Source: a virus (lineage: Duplodnaviria > Caudoviricetes). Taken from it: a DNA stretch of 64,000 bases. Shown in pieces: positions 10,071 through 20,574 of the stretch. The stretch covers positions 15,279 to 79,278 of the IMG/VR virus record IMGVR_UViG_3300037761_000250, one strand, 5' to 3'. Below the pieces are notes generated by a model that saw only the letters and a list, made by a program, of their open reading frames with translations, was not told the origin of the DNA and searched no databases. Each line of letters starts with the position of its first letter. Position 1 is the first letter of the stretch. The translations under genes and the position numbers were made by a program.

Positions 10071-10877
10071 TTATTTCATTAGAGTTTGAAGCTGATCAAA
10101 TTTCTTTGCCTTTTTAATGGTTTCAGGATCAGCTTCTATTGCAGATATGTCCTGTACCAATTTAACCATGCTGTGCCTAATTTTGTTTAGCTCCCAGTAT
10201 GTATTGTCTATTTGCTTCGAGATTTCCATTGCAAGTGCAATAAATCCAGTTTTGTTAGTCTTCTTTGAAATAGCTTTCTTAGGACTTTGTGCTGCGCCAT
10301 TCCTTGGTCGATGCTTGCCCAAGTGAGCACGTACACTAATTCCAGAATCAGCCGTGTATACAAGACAAATGTCACACTGATATACTACACTTCCATCTTC
10401 GAGTAGAACTTCACTAATGTTCTTGAAAGGAACTGCCTTTCCTCCAGTTATTGGAGTTTCGATTTTTGCTTGGGATCGTTCGATGATCTTTACACCATTG
10501 ATGAAATCTTTGTTGTTTGATTGAACTTCGTCGATATTTCCACGAACGGTGGCTATATCTGCAATTTTATTTGAGGATTGTTCAATTCTCTTCATTCTAT
10601 TTTTATCTTTCTTTTTTGAAAGGTTAGCTTCTGCCTCAAGAAGACCATTTCGTTTGCACCAAGCTTCCGCATTGCGAAAGCCTCGGCCTCGGCCTGCGTC
10701 TGGTGTAGATGGAAACGATTCTGCGGCTCCGTTCGGTGCACGAATAAAAAAGTGACCTCCTCCAGTTCTACGGACGGGCCAACCAACTGCTTCACATCTT
10801 TCCATAAGTTGCTGAAATTGTAGCTTTTTACTGGACATATTGATCTTCTTCGTAGTAATGTAATTCTTTTTTGACAT
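10071..10877 (-). CDS. HicA-like dsRBD domain + C2H2 Zn finger + coiled-coil protein
   Basis: GWPVRRTGGGHFFIRAPNG..FPSTP resembles the HicA fold; CDICLVY...HLGKH. Confidence 0.55.
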   Translation of the reverse strand: MSKKNYITTKKINMSSKKLQFQQLMERCEAVGWPVRRTGGGHFFIRAPNGAAESFPSTPDAGRGRGFRNAEAWCKRNGLLEAEANLSKKKDKNRMKRIEQSSNKIADIATVRGNIDEVQSNNKDFINGVKIIERSQAKIETPITGGKAVPFKNISEVLLEDGSVVYQCDICLVYTADSGISVRAHLGKHRPRNGAAQSPKKAISKKTNKTGFIALAMEISKQIDNTYWELNKIRHSMVKLVQDISAIEADPETIKKAKKFDQLQTLMK

Positions 10878-12033
10878 ATAAAGTGTCTAGGGTATATTTA
10901 TAATCCTCATCCATGTTTTTTCCAATGCAAGGAGTCTTATACGCACAGTGGTTACAGGTGAATCTAGAAGGCATAGGATAAACTCTTGGATTTTCCATCA
11001 TATCTTTAACTTCGTTTAGCAAATCTCTCCAAGTGTTTTCGATTTCGTATCGATTCTTGATAATTTTGTGTCGTTGGTAGAATTTAGGGCCTTCGGCACT
11101 TTTTAGGTAGGCGACGTAATCATTATAAATTCCATGATAGTATCCAGGATCGTTCGCTTCTACTTCCCTAATAAAAAGGTCTAGCTCAGTAGGTGCATTC
11201 TTGTCGGTACTATATAGGCGACCTTTGTATGGTCGCTTCAATTTTTGTGGTGGCTCCGGTACTGCCTTCCTCTGCTCATGATAAATGAAGCCATCCACAG
11301 GCCGACCTAGTTTGGCTAGAGCCATTGGATACCTACCGACCTGCGTGTCTAATTGTAGAAAGGATGATTCTGTGTCGTCAGCGATAATCCTAGTGGTCGT
11401 TTTCCAGTCTACAATCAAAAGTCTATGCTCTAAATCCTGGAAGATTGCATCAATTATACCTCCATAGGTAACTGGCAAACCTTCCCATAATTCGTAACTT
11501 CGGTTTCCCGAATCTACTATTTCTTTTGGAGTCATAGTAGTTGTGTGCTTAAGCCATTTCTTCCAACATCTAGTGCATTTACACCATAGTCCCAAATCAA
11601 CTTCAAATGGAATTTCAACCGTCAGTGGTGTTAGACCAACATCAAGTTTTGGGCTAACTTCCTTGGTGTAATATTCTAGCATTCGTCTTCCAAGATCAAC
11701 GCGTTCTTGGTAATCTTGAATTACTTCATCGCTAGGTTCGCCGTTTACTTCCTTATAATAGTCAAGTTGCTGTTTGACTACTACATTGAACTTGGCAAAG
11801 GCAGCGGCTGCCATCATCTCACGATCTTTGCGCCACATGTCTGGGTCATACCAGATTTGTTTCGCAGCGTGCCAGGCCATACCAAATTCCAACGGCTTAG
11901 GAGTTACGGTTGGATAATAACCTTCTCTGTAAACCCAGTCCCATCGTCTACGACAGGATTCGAACGAACGAATTTCGGAGTTGTGAAAACTGTGTTGTAA
12001 CTTAGCCTTGATTAGTTCGTCTCTGTTCATCAT
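10828..12033 (-). CDS. PD-(D/E)XK (Cas4-like) exonuclease
   Basis: HNSEIRSFESCRRRW, EFGMAWH, GIIDAI..IVDWKT, QVGRYPMA and CNHCAYKTPC. Confidence 0.88.
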   Translation of the reverse strand: MMNRDELIKAKLQHSFHNSEIRSFESCRRRWDWVYREGYYPTVTPKPLEFGMAWHAAKQIWYDPDMWRKDREMMAAAAFAKFNVVVKQQLDYYKEVNGEPSDEVIQDYQERVDLGRRMLEYYTKEVSPKLDVGLTPLTVEIPFEVDLGLWCKCTRCWKKWLKHTTTMTPKEIVDSGNRSYELWEGLPVTYGGIIDAIFQDLEHRLLIVDWKTTTRIIADDTESSFLQLDTQVGRYPMALAKLGRPVDGFIYHEQRKAVPEPPQKLKRPYKGRLYSTDKNAPTELDLFIREVEANDPGYYHGIYNDYVAYLKSAEGPKFYQRHKIIKNRYEIENTWRDLLNEVKDMMENPRVYPMPSRFTCNHCAYKTPCIGKNMDEDYKYTLDTLYVKKELHYYEEDQYVQ

Positions 12034-12403
12034 ATGCTCCATGAGTTGGACAGTGTTGTGATCCACAATCTATGATACCAATTCCTACGTCTGCTTCACA
12101 ACATGGAGTATCACAAGTGCAAATTGACTCATTTTGGGGTAGTTGTACGAAACATTCTTGACAAAGTTCATGTTCACAATCATCGCATTGGTTGTCATCG
12201 GCAGCTATGTGTCCGTCCTTTCCTAATTTTCTACAAGCACAGCATATGTTGCATAGTGGTAAACCCATTCTGGAGAATTCCATATCTTCGCAAATGTAAC
12301 ATCCTTCTCTGTGTACTTTAGGAACCGATACCATGGAATCTTTTAGTAGTTGATAGGCTGGGTCGTTCGGTCGTTGATGCATTCTAGGTGTTCTATGTGT
12401 CAT
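12002..12403 (-). CDS. Cys-rich hypothetical protein
   Basis: Multiple CxxC pairs. Confidence 0.6.
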   Translation of the reverse strand: MTHRTPRMHQRPNDPAYQLLKDSMVSVPKVHREGCYICEDMEFSRMGLPLCNICCACRKLGKDGHIAADDNQCDDCEHELCQECFVQLPQNESICTCDTPCCEADVGIGIIDCGSQHCPTHGAYDEQRRTNQG

Positions 12404-12433
12404 AATTCAGCTCTATTCATCTCTCACATTTCT

Positions 12434-12655
12434 CTAATTGTCGTCACTGATGAATCCATTGCTGTTAACTTCATCAATGATTTTCTTAAGATATGTCAAC
12501 TCTTTTTCAGGGATTTTCCAGTTTTTAATATTGTCATGGTAGAATCGGTAATCTCCTTTCTCTTGTAATAGTAATATAGTCTCAATCACTTCTTTGGTTC
12601 GACAGCCTAGATGATTAGCTGCTTGTGTCGGTGAGAACCATTTTCCTGAATTCAA
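12434..12655 (-). CDS. Xis/MerR-like HTH protein
   Basis: FSPTQAANHLGCRTKEVI...NWKIPEKEL. Confidence 0.55.
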   Translation of the reverse strand: MNSGKWFSPTQAANHLGCRTKEVIETILLLQEKGDYRFYHDNIKNWKIPEKELTYLKKIIDEVNSNGFISDDN

Positions 12656-12688
12656 CGTGTTCCTTCTTTACACTTAGCCTTGATTAGT

Positions 12689-15521
12689 TCAGTTCTGTTT
12701 ATCAAGAAACCCATCTTTAATTCTAAGTCTGTTTAATTGACTATAGCACCTATAAAATTCCCGTTCTATTATCTTATTAGATTCTACCGCTTCCTCATCA
12801 ATAATTTGGAAGGTTCTTAAATCATCTGGAATTGTAAAAACGCTTACCGTTTTACGTTCGTGATCGGTAATTGCTATTGATACTATTAATCTTTCCATTG
12901 ATTTTCTTTCTTTAAAGTAATCAATGCTTGAGCATGGATGCCACCTTGTACGTAACCCGCGTGGTCCATGCACACCGATTGTCCGTTTATTATCATATCC
13001 GCATAAGCTGCTTCTGTTGGTGGAGTAGGTTGGGGTTGGAATACGCAAATACTACAAAGCAACTCAGTCACGGGGCACCGCCTCGTCCTGGGTGACCAAC
13101 CGAACGGTACGGATGTCCTGCTCCAAGGCGTCCAGCACCAGCAGCCATTGGCCGCCTATCTCGGCGTGGAACCGAATACGTGGTGGGGCGTCCGCCTTGT
13201 CGCCGAACAAGTAGCCTAACAACGCGCCGGTCCAACTTACCTGGCTTGCTTTTACGTGTTCAGTGTGGCCACTGGTCCACGTGATTTCGTACGTTTGCAG
13301 TTTTCCACGCTTGGAATGTGGTGTTGGTTCAGTAAATCTAGGCGGAGTCCGCTTGGGGAACAGGGGTAGGGGCTCGTCTGTAGGGTAGTAGGGAATCATG
13401 GTCTCTCCATTCTGGCGTCGTTATTATTTCCTAATATGGAAGATCGTGCTTTTTGGCTAATTTGTAGGCTTCAAGTTCTTCCTTTTCCTTTTTTTTTTCC
13501 TTATTAATCTCACGCTTTTGTCGGTTAGTTGGTCGACTTATCCAAGCCAATAATGCCATTCCAATACCAATGAGAGCTGCTACTGGCCAAGCAATCATAA
13601 TTGCGAACAAAGGTATCCAACCATCTTCTTCGGGATCCATACAGTTTTCGAAATATTTATCATCTATAATATATGCCAAACGAGCTGAAAATACTCCAAC
13701 TAACAAATAACCTAGTATAATCACCCAAACCAACAACTAGTTCACGTCCTTAGTTATAGAATATCCGCATTGTTTCAATGCTTTAATTACATTTTGTGCA
13801 AAACGCTCGCGCACGCTAAAATTTAAGAATGGTTTTCCTCCTGGGGCAAGTGGCCTACCAAATTCTTTGCATGCCTCGTTAGCTATAATGGATATGTGAA
13901 TTGAATGATTATGTTTTGATGTCATGGATGCTTAACCCAATCTAATGTTTCTTGGATACTTTTTCCAATATTCAGCCAATTTGTATTGTAAACCTTTTTT
14001 CTGTTTTGAAGATTTGCTCTAGCCAAACAATAACGAACAGCGTTATCTAGCAAATCAATTGTTTCATAATGGGATTCATTGGGAACTTCAAACGTTATTT
14101 TCATTTACGTCAACCTCGTATAGTTTCACATCTACGTAACCATTATGTGCATCTCTCCTAGCAATCCTGCGTGCTCCCCATCTTGTGCACGCATAGGATA
14201 TAACCCTACCTTCATTTGTAGAGACTTCATAACGAAATATTATGGGAACGTGTTCATAGCGAACAATTTTATATATTTTCTTCATTTTTTATTTTTCCAC
14301 CCGTGGAGAGTAATATTTTGACCTTCCCTCTATTTTTACTTTTTGTAGATCAGCTAGTACGTCATGTTCCGGATCGTCCCATGGTAGTACGTGTGGAGGT
14401 TCGCAATCATCTCCGTAATAGTGCGTTCGGGGAAGCGCGCTTGGGCATTTTTTGTCATGCTTAATTTCTCCATTTCTCCATGGTTTATGACAAATAATGC
14501 AACGTTGTCCATCCATATTAATTCTTTTCTTGTATTGTCTTCTCACGGACGTGCTTACCAAACCGCCGAAGCATATCTATCACTTCATCCTTTAAACGGT
14601 ACTTGGCGTCGTTCCACTCGACGTATTCATCTATACCTGAATGAAGACACCCAGCTTCCGTTATCGTAAATTCAGTGAGTGCATCTTCCAGTGATGCATC
14701 CAAATTGTCGAACGACTGTATAGCAGAAAACAACGGCACAACACCTGCTTCTATTTCGACATTAAGAGCTGCCAACAGTCCTCCGCGCATACACACTTTG
14801 CCATCGGCATCGATCTCTTCACCTTGGCACCACCCGCGTATGCTGATTTCGTCTGCGGCCTTGTCGGCAATATCTGCCCATTCGGGTTTTAAGTTATGAT
14901 CCATCAGTGATCTTCCTTATATTTTGCTGTCATGTAGGCCATGTGATCCTTGTAGAGAATAAGCTGTGTTCATTATTGTGATACAATTTAATTAGGTCCT
15001 GTTCGGTAGCTGATTTATTATTCTTTTTTAGTTTTTCAAAAAGCAAATCGAACAGAATTCCTTCATCATCAAACAATTCAACGCATGCTTCACATTTATT
15101 TTCCATTTTTAAAATTCCAAAATTCTTCAATTTCTTCTATAAGTTGATGGGCATAGGAAGGATCGTCATGACATATTGACAACATCCACTGTTCAACAAC
15201 ATTTTCAAATGTTTCAGGTCCACGGAAAACATAGTCTGAATCATATCTTGCTACAAAATATCGGTGAATTTGAACTTGTATATCAAGATCACTTTTATCA
15301 CCAAAATGGTCTGCTACTTTGCTCACTTTATACTCTTTCTATTTTTGAAAATATGAGTGGATAAGTGCAGTAGACAAATAGCACAAACCTAACAATACTG
15401 GACATGCTTCAATGGCTGTTCGTGGGTCGATAATTGCCACCGTTAAAGGAACTACGATACCAATGCCAAGCGCGCTTAGTAAAGCAATTATTCTCCATAT
15501 AAAACAATTGCGCGCTGCCAC
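12689..15521 (-). CDS. Cluster of about 12 small hypothetical genes (including membrane proteins 13431-13736 and 15339-15521, and the GWCQG...WND family protein 14518-14904)
   Basis: Consecutive, tightly packed minus-strand ORFs with overlapping stop/start codons. Confidence 0.55.
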
Positions 15522-15527
15522 ACGGCA

Positions 15528-15893
15528 TCATCCATCTGTTTTTGAAGTAACGAGCACCATCGTCGCTCCCTCACGAAGTAGGTCACTCACGGACACACCC
15601 CGCTCGGTAGCCAGATCGCGCAGAGCAATCACAATTTCCGAATCCAACCTAAACGAGATCATCTGGCCAAGTCGCTTTGGTGCAACGGGCACGGCGGACT
15701 CGACATCAATCTCATCACAATTAATTTGCGCCAAATCCCTGCGTTTATTCTCACTTAGATGTTCAACTATGTGAACCCGGCACATCGCTGTCCCATCGAC
15801 CAGGTAATCCACTGGCTGATCACATATGATGCCGTGTGTGAATATTGGACAATAGAGCGTGCTCATATCAACTCTTTCTCCATAACCACCCAC
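15528..15893 (-). CDS. Ribbon-helix-helix (CopG-like) protein
   Basis: QMISFRLDSEIVIALRDLATERGVSVSDLLRE. Confidence 0.7.
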   Translation of the reverse strand: MGGYGERVDMSTLYCPIFTHGIICDQPVDYLVDGTAMCRVHIVEHLSENKRRDLAQINCDEIDVESAVPVAPKRLGQMISFRLDSEIVIALRDLATERGVSVSDLLREGATMVLVTSKTDG

Positions 15894-15897
15894 TTAT

Positions 15898-17307
15898 CTA
15901 CAATTCTCCAAGTAGTTGTTTAACAACTGCCCAGTTCATGGCAATTCCGTCAAGACGCTCTGCGTCTAGCGTGTCGTCAGCTACAATGTCAATTACTTGG
16001 GTAGCGTTCTTTTGTCCTATTCGATGCAATCTGTCTTCTGCTTGTATGTTAAGCGATTGTGCCCAATCTCGATCTGTAAATATTACTGTGTTGCTATTGG
16101 TAAGAGTAAGGGCTACGCCTCCAGCTTTAATTGTTCCAGCGAACACTCTTAGTTTATTATTTTGGAAATTATCAACTATTCGATCTCGTTCGGTCTTCTT
16201 GACCGAACCGGTATATATACCATGACTAATCCCAGCCTTTTCCAAACGAGCGCCTAGTAGATTAATCATTTGACTGAATTGACTAAACACTACAATAGGT
16301 AAATCAGTAGACTGAACAATGTTCAGGACTGCGTCTAGCTTAGATGACGGATCATCCAAAAATACTTTAGTTCTAACTTCTTCTTGAAAATCTGCCCGTG
16401 CACCTTGAGGATGTGGACCAATGTGTTCTAATCGTGCATAAGCACAGGCAAATTGTTGTAATCTCATCAACTGTGCAATTACTATTGGAGCGTTGATGGG
16501 TTCATGTTCGTGTTCACCAACCCAAGCAATCATATCCTTTTTCATTGCATCGTATGCTTTGCGTTGCTTGCTGTGAAGTTCAACCTTTATCGTACTATAA
16601 TATTTGTCTGGTAAGTCTTTAAGAACTTCTGCTTTGCGACGTCTAATATAGAACGGTCGCATTTGCGACATTAACTCTTCTTCGTTTTTTACTCCAACAA
16701 CTTGCTTATAACCATTCCAGTCGGCCCATTCAATATACCGTTTGAAATAGCTCCAATAACTTGACCAAAACTTCGGATACAACCAGTTCAGAATTGACCA
16801 CAAGTCGTCTGGCTTATTGAATACCGGAGTACCGGTCAGTCCAGTCTTATACATTGACTTGATTTTTTTGAGTGCTTTGGTCTGAGCCGATTTACGATTT
16901 TGTAGGTTGTGTGCCTCATCACCAATTACGTGAAACCATGGGTATTTTTCCAGTTCAGGTTCTAGCCTAAGCATAGGCCAATGGCAAATGTAGACGTCGA
17001 AGTAACCGGCCTCTACTGCCTCCATAAATGGCTCACGGTTTTTGTTATTGATCGGCATGACCGATAGGTGGGGAGCCCACTTTCGAAAATGCTCGGTCCA
17101 GGAACTATCTGAACCAGAAACTACGCTAAGTGGGCACACCACCAAAGTCTTAACTGGCTGATCTAGCTTCTTTCGTCGCTCAACATCTAAAGCGATGGCA
17201 GTAACTGTCTTACCTAAGCCCATGTCGTCACCAATTAGAACACTACGGATATCATTTAATTTATCCACAGCTTCTTTTTGGAACGGAAACAAACTTAATT
17301 TGGTCAC
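15898..17307 (-). CDS. SNF2-family helicase
   Basis: GDDMGLGKT, IGDEAH, TGTPVFN, RRRKAEVLKDLP and QAEDRLHRIGQ. Confidence 0.93.
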   Translation of the reverse strand: MTKLSLFPFQKEAVDKLNDIRSVLIGDDMGLGKTVTAIALDVERRKKLDQPVKTLVVCPLSVVSGSDSSWTEHFRKWAPHLSVMPINNKNREPFMEAVEAGYFDVYICHWPMLRLEPELEKYPWFHVIGDEAHNLQNRKSAQTKALKKIKSMYKTGLTGTPVFNKPDDLWSILNWLYPKFWSSYWSYFKRYIEWADWNGYKQVVGVKNEEELMSQMRPFYIRRRKAEVLKDLPDKYYSTIKVELHSKQRKAYDAMKKDMIAWVGEHEHEPINAPIVIAQLMRLQQFACAYARLEHIGPHPQGARADFQEEVRTKVFLDDPSSKLDAVLNIVQSTDLPIVVFSQFSQMINLLGARLEKAGISHGIYTGSVKKTERDRIVDNFQNNKLRVFAGTIKAGGVALTLTNSNTVIFTDRDWAQSLNIQAEDRLHRIGQKNATQVIDIVADDTLDAERLDGIAMNWAVVKQLLGEL

Positions 17308-17319
17308 TGGAATCGCCCA

Positions 17320-18121
17320 CTAATTACTTGATTTGTTTACATCACGTTTGTCCATTTGTTTTTTGATAAAGTTTGATACATCTTGCAAACAGTCTTGACT
17401 CCATATCGCGGGCACATTGTCTACACTCAAACTGAGTACGTACCTTCGCCATCCTCCATACCACTTTACATATCCAAGGTAGGAGCCGTCGTTAGAGTTT
17501 TCGACTTTCCACACCTTTGTTTTACCAGTGTCTGATATTTCTGTAAATTGCAAAAATGTCATGGTGTGTTAGGCCAATCAAAATCAGGATCATAGAAGTA
17601 ATTGTATGATATTGTAAGTTCGCTCACCGGAAAAGATCTTATGTCCGGCTTGAGAACAGGTGCGTTTATCTTTCTTCCACAAAAGTAACACTTGCCATGG
17701 AGATCAGCAATTCCATGACCGCTAATTGATTCTTGGCATTCCCGTGGCCAATTACGTTCCTCCGTATACCAAAATAATTTGGTGTATCCCATCATTACTC
17801 AATTCTTATTTCTTTAATCTTAGATAAATGATCGGCATTCCTTTGGGCACGTTCAATTCTTTCACGTGCACTCACGCCACCAGTTGTCGGAAAACTTTTT
17901 TCACGATTCGTTGTTGGCTCAGGAACTGTGCCGTCTGGTCGTACCTGAACGATCCAATCTCGATCAAATCGCTTGCACCTAGTGTTTGCACACCTAAAAA
18001 TATGTAGCTCACCAGGTGGTGGCTCGAATTTCTTCTTTGGAAGAGGTCGACGTCCGGCTGACTTACCTAGTTCATTACAAGTAGGACAACGGCGGGCCTC
18101 ATCTAAAGTTGAATCAACCAT
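17320..18121 (-). CDS. Three hypothetical genes (17320-17562, 17559-17795, 17795-18121)
   Basis: Overlapping stop/start codons; two carry Zn-finger-like Cys pairs. Confidence 0.55.
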
Positions 18122-18267
18122 ATCTCCACATCAATTCTTAGAAAATTTCATAACTTTTTATTATCGACGAAATGCTAACAGCGTTTTGATGCTGAGCACT
18201 ATCGAAAAGAATACTAACAGCACAACGCCAGCGGTCAGAACGATATCTTCCATCTTACACCTCTTTC

Positions 18268-18468
18268 TTAATCGTCTTCATCGTCTTCATCGTCTTCATC
18301 GTCTTCATCGTCTTCATACTCGCCATCACCATCACAGTATTGACAATTAGTCGAACCTCGACAGTCGGCACAAGTTTCATCATTATCATTTTCTTGTACT
18401 ACTGTGCCAGTACCTTCACATTCTGCACATTCACCGGTACCGTCACACTCTTCGCAATTAATCAACAC
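18268..18468 (-). CDS. DnaJ-type Zn-finger mini-protein with acidic tail
   Basis: CxxCxGxG repeats; the tail is encoded by a 9-bp tandem repeat (DED). Confidence 0.6.
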   Translation of the reverse strand: MLINCEECDGTGECAECEGTGTVVQENDNDETCADCRGSTNCQYCDGDGEYEDDEDDEDDEDDEDD

Positions 18469-18664
18469 TTTCGTCTCCGTTTTCTAGAAGCCTATGTACT
18501 TCTTTAACTGGATACCTACGACGTCCATTTGGTAATTCTATGTTGATAATTCTACCTTCTTTTGCCCATTTATTAACTGTTTTTGGACTTACACGAAAAA
18601 AGGCAGCTACTTCTGATGGAGTGTAAAAACATTGGACTTTTGGATCTAGTTTGTTTTCATTCAT
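18458..18664 (-). CDS. bldC: BldC-like MerR/Xis-type HTH regulator
   Basis: YTPSEVAAFFRVSPKTVNKWAKEGRI...GRRRYPVKEVHRLL aligns with Streptomyces BldC as recalled (LTPAEVATMFRVDPKTVTRWAKAGKL...GHRRYREAEVRALL); both 68 aa. Confidence 0.78.
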   Translation of the reverse strand: MNENKLDPKVQCFYTPSEVAAFFRVSPKTVNKWAKEGRIINIELPNGRRRYPVKEVHRLLENGDESVD

Positions 18665-19049
18665 GATCTAAGGACCCATGAATTTGTTTGGCTATTTCTT
18701 GGGCAGTTTGACCATGATCTACCCAATCATAACCTTTACGAGCTAACTCATAAGCAATTGATTTGTCAACTTCATGCTTTTTTTCGAGTATTTCACCAAC
18801 CGATACCTCATCATAAATTTTCATTTTACCTCTCAAAATTTTCTCACGCTGCCTCTGAGTCGTTCCTCCCCAAATACCATGTAATTTAGTCACGGGCCAA
18901 CTGAGCGCGTATCTTAAACATTCATTGGTAACTGGACAGCGACGGCAAACTGACTTTGCCTTTTTTGGTTTTCTTCCAGCGTCCTTAAAGAATATTTCTC
19001 TATCATAATTACGACAAAGTGCTTTTTCTTGCCAAGATAGGTCGTCCAT
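18657..19049 (-). CDS. whiB: WhiB-family Fe-S transcription factor
   Basis: WQEKALC...CRRCPVTNECLRYAL...GIWGGTT. Confidence 0.9.
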   Translation of the reverse strand: MDDLSWQEKALCRNYDREIFFKDAGRKPKKAKSVCRRCPVTNECLRYALSWPVTKLHGIWGGTTQRQREKILRGKMKIYDEVSVGEILEKKHEVDKSIAYELARKGYDWVDHGQTAQEIAKQIHGSLDHE

Positions 19050-19632
19050 ATGTCAACTCCAAATTTCCTCTTTCGTCATATTCAAAGTTCAGCTTTGTTA
19101 CATCGACGACAAAGGACTTAGGAAGTGAAATATATCCACCAGCATGTTTTACCACACCGGCCAAAAGCTTAGTTACCGTCAAGAAAGCTTCTACTTCCTT
19201 TAGGTCTTGAGTTTTGGACACGATAGATACGTAATCATCGATCAATTTGCCCTCAAAGTCCCCTACCACTTTTCATTCTCCCAATTTTGGTAGACAATCC
19301 AAGCATATTTGGTTCCATGCTTTCCATACCAATTGAACAAAGCACGCTTACGTTGCGAATCCGAACGCAGATTATTTAAGTAATTTACATCTTTGTCTGT
19401 TAGTTCACCTATGTATCGATATCTATTTATAGGTGTTTCACTTACCCATTCAATTACCATATTACGAAAATACAATGCCAGCAGCAGTGAACAGGCCATT
19501 ATCTACTAGGCAAACGGGTAAATAATTTGCTGTACTATGAAATTTCCTCGGTGCACCTGCTGGCAATCGAACTCCATTTTCAAAAAGCCATGCCTCTTTG
19601 GTCATATTGGTCGGATTAATATAAATTCCCAT
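19009..19632 (-). CDS. Small hypothetical genes (19009-19269, 19263-about 19460, 19462-19632)
   Basis: ORF track plus a hand-translated 56 aa ORF (MGIYINP...VCLVDNGLFTAAGIVFS). Confidence 0.45.
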
Positions 19633-19655
19633 TTCTACCTTCTTTCTTTTAGGAG

Positions 19656-19728
19656 TGCCCCCAACAGGATTCGAACCTGCGACCTTCGCATTAAAAGTGC
19701 GTAGCTCTGGCCACTGAGCTATGGAGGC
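19656..19728 (-). tRNA. tRNA-Lys(UUU)
   Basis: Cloverleaf with GCCTCCA/TGGGGGC acceptor, CT-TTT-AA loop and TTCGAAT; no encoded CCA. Confidence 0.95.
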
Positions 19729-19761
19729 AAAAATGGGGAGGCTATATGCCTCCCCGTTTTT
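19729..19761. terminator. Bidirectional terminator-like hairpin
   Basis: AAAAATGGGGAGGC-TATAT-GCCTCCCCGTTTTT between the Ltp gene and tRNA-Lys. Confidence 0.65.
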
Positions 19762-19778
19762 ATTTCAACAAATATGTT

Positions 19779-20279
19779 CTACAGTCCTACCTCAGTTGCT
19801 GCATGTTCCGCTTGCTTTGTGGTAAATCCTTCGAATTCCAACTGCTCGATCAGTCCTTGACGGGAGAAGTTCGAGAACTCAAGGTAATTCTCGGCACTAC
19901 CAACAGCCTGCGCCATCCAGTCTACATCTAGATAATCAACCGCGAACTCGGCATCTTCCGTAGAGAATCCTTCGAGTTCTAATTGATTAATAAGTCCCTT
20001 GCGGGAGAAATTGAAAATATCCAGGTAATTTTGAGCCGATCCAGTTGCTTGTTTCTGGGCAGTTGTCAACTCTGGATCGGTTGACATTTCTGTTTCTTTA
20101 TTATTCTCAGGTTGAACGGTAATGTTATCGCTCTGTCCTAAAGACGTAAGGGTAACAATTGTACCAAGAAGACACATCCCCAAAATTCCAACTAATACAA
20201 TTAGAACAATCCTTCTTGTTTTGTTCTTCTTCTTTTTCGGAGGAAACTCTCCGTTTTGTTGTGGATAATACTGTGTCAC
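19779..20279 (-). CDS. Ltp-family membrane protein (superinfection-exclusion-like)
   Basis: N-terminal TM helix plus two repeats A..YL....FSR.GLI.QLE.EGF....A..A. Confidence 0.8.
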   Translation of the reverse strand: MTQYYPQQNGEFPPKKKKNKTRRIVLIVLVGILGMCLLGTIVTLTSLGQSDNITVQPENNKETEMSTDPELTTAQKQATGSAQNYLDIFNFSRKGLINQLELEGFSTEDAEFAVDYLDVDWMAQAVGSAENYLEFSNFSRQGLIEQLEFEGFTTKQAEHAATEVGL

Positions 20280-20326
20280 TAAATTCCTTTCAAGTATTTA
20301 AGATATAATATATGGTTTCACTTGCG

Positions 20327-20399
20327 TAGTCCCAATGGGATTTGAACCCATGTCTCCGGAGCGAAAATCCGGAATCCTTGGCCACTAGACGATGGAACC
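20327..20399 (-). tRNA. tRNA-Glu(UUC)
   Basis: GGTTCCA/TGGGACT acceptor; CCGGA-TTTTCGC-TCCGG; TTCAAAT. Confidence 0.93.
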
Positions 20400-20502
20400 A
20401 GGGAATAGTGTTGCGGTTGGAAATTCCGCCTCCGTGCCTCACTATTGCTCAATGGCAAGATTACTCGGCAAGGTACCTTCCACGGCCCTCTTCACTATTC
20501 CG

Positions 20503-20574
20503 CTGGGATACCAAGATTCGAACTTGGACTGTCGGAACCAAAATCCGATGGCCTGCCATTTAGCCTATATCCCA
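20503..20574 (-). tRNA. tRNA-Gln(UUG)
   Basis: TGGGATA/TATCCCA acceptor; TCGGA-TTTTGGT-TCCGA; TTCGAAT. Confidence 0.93.
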
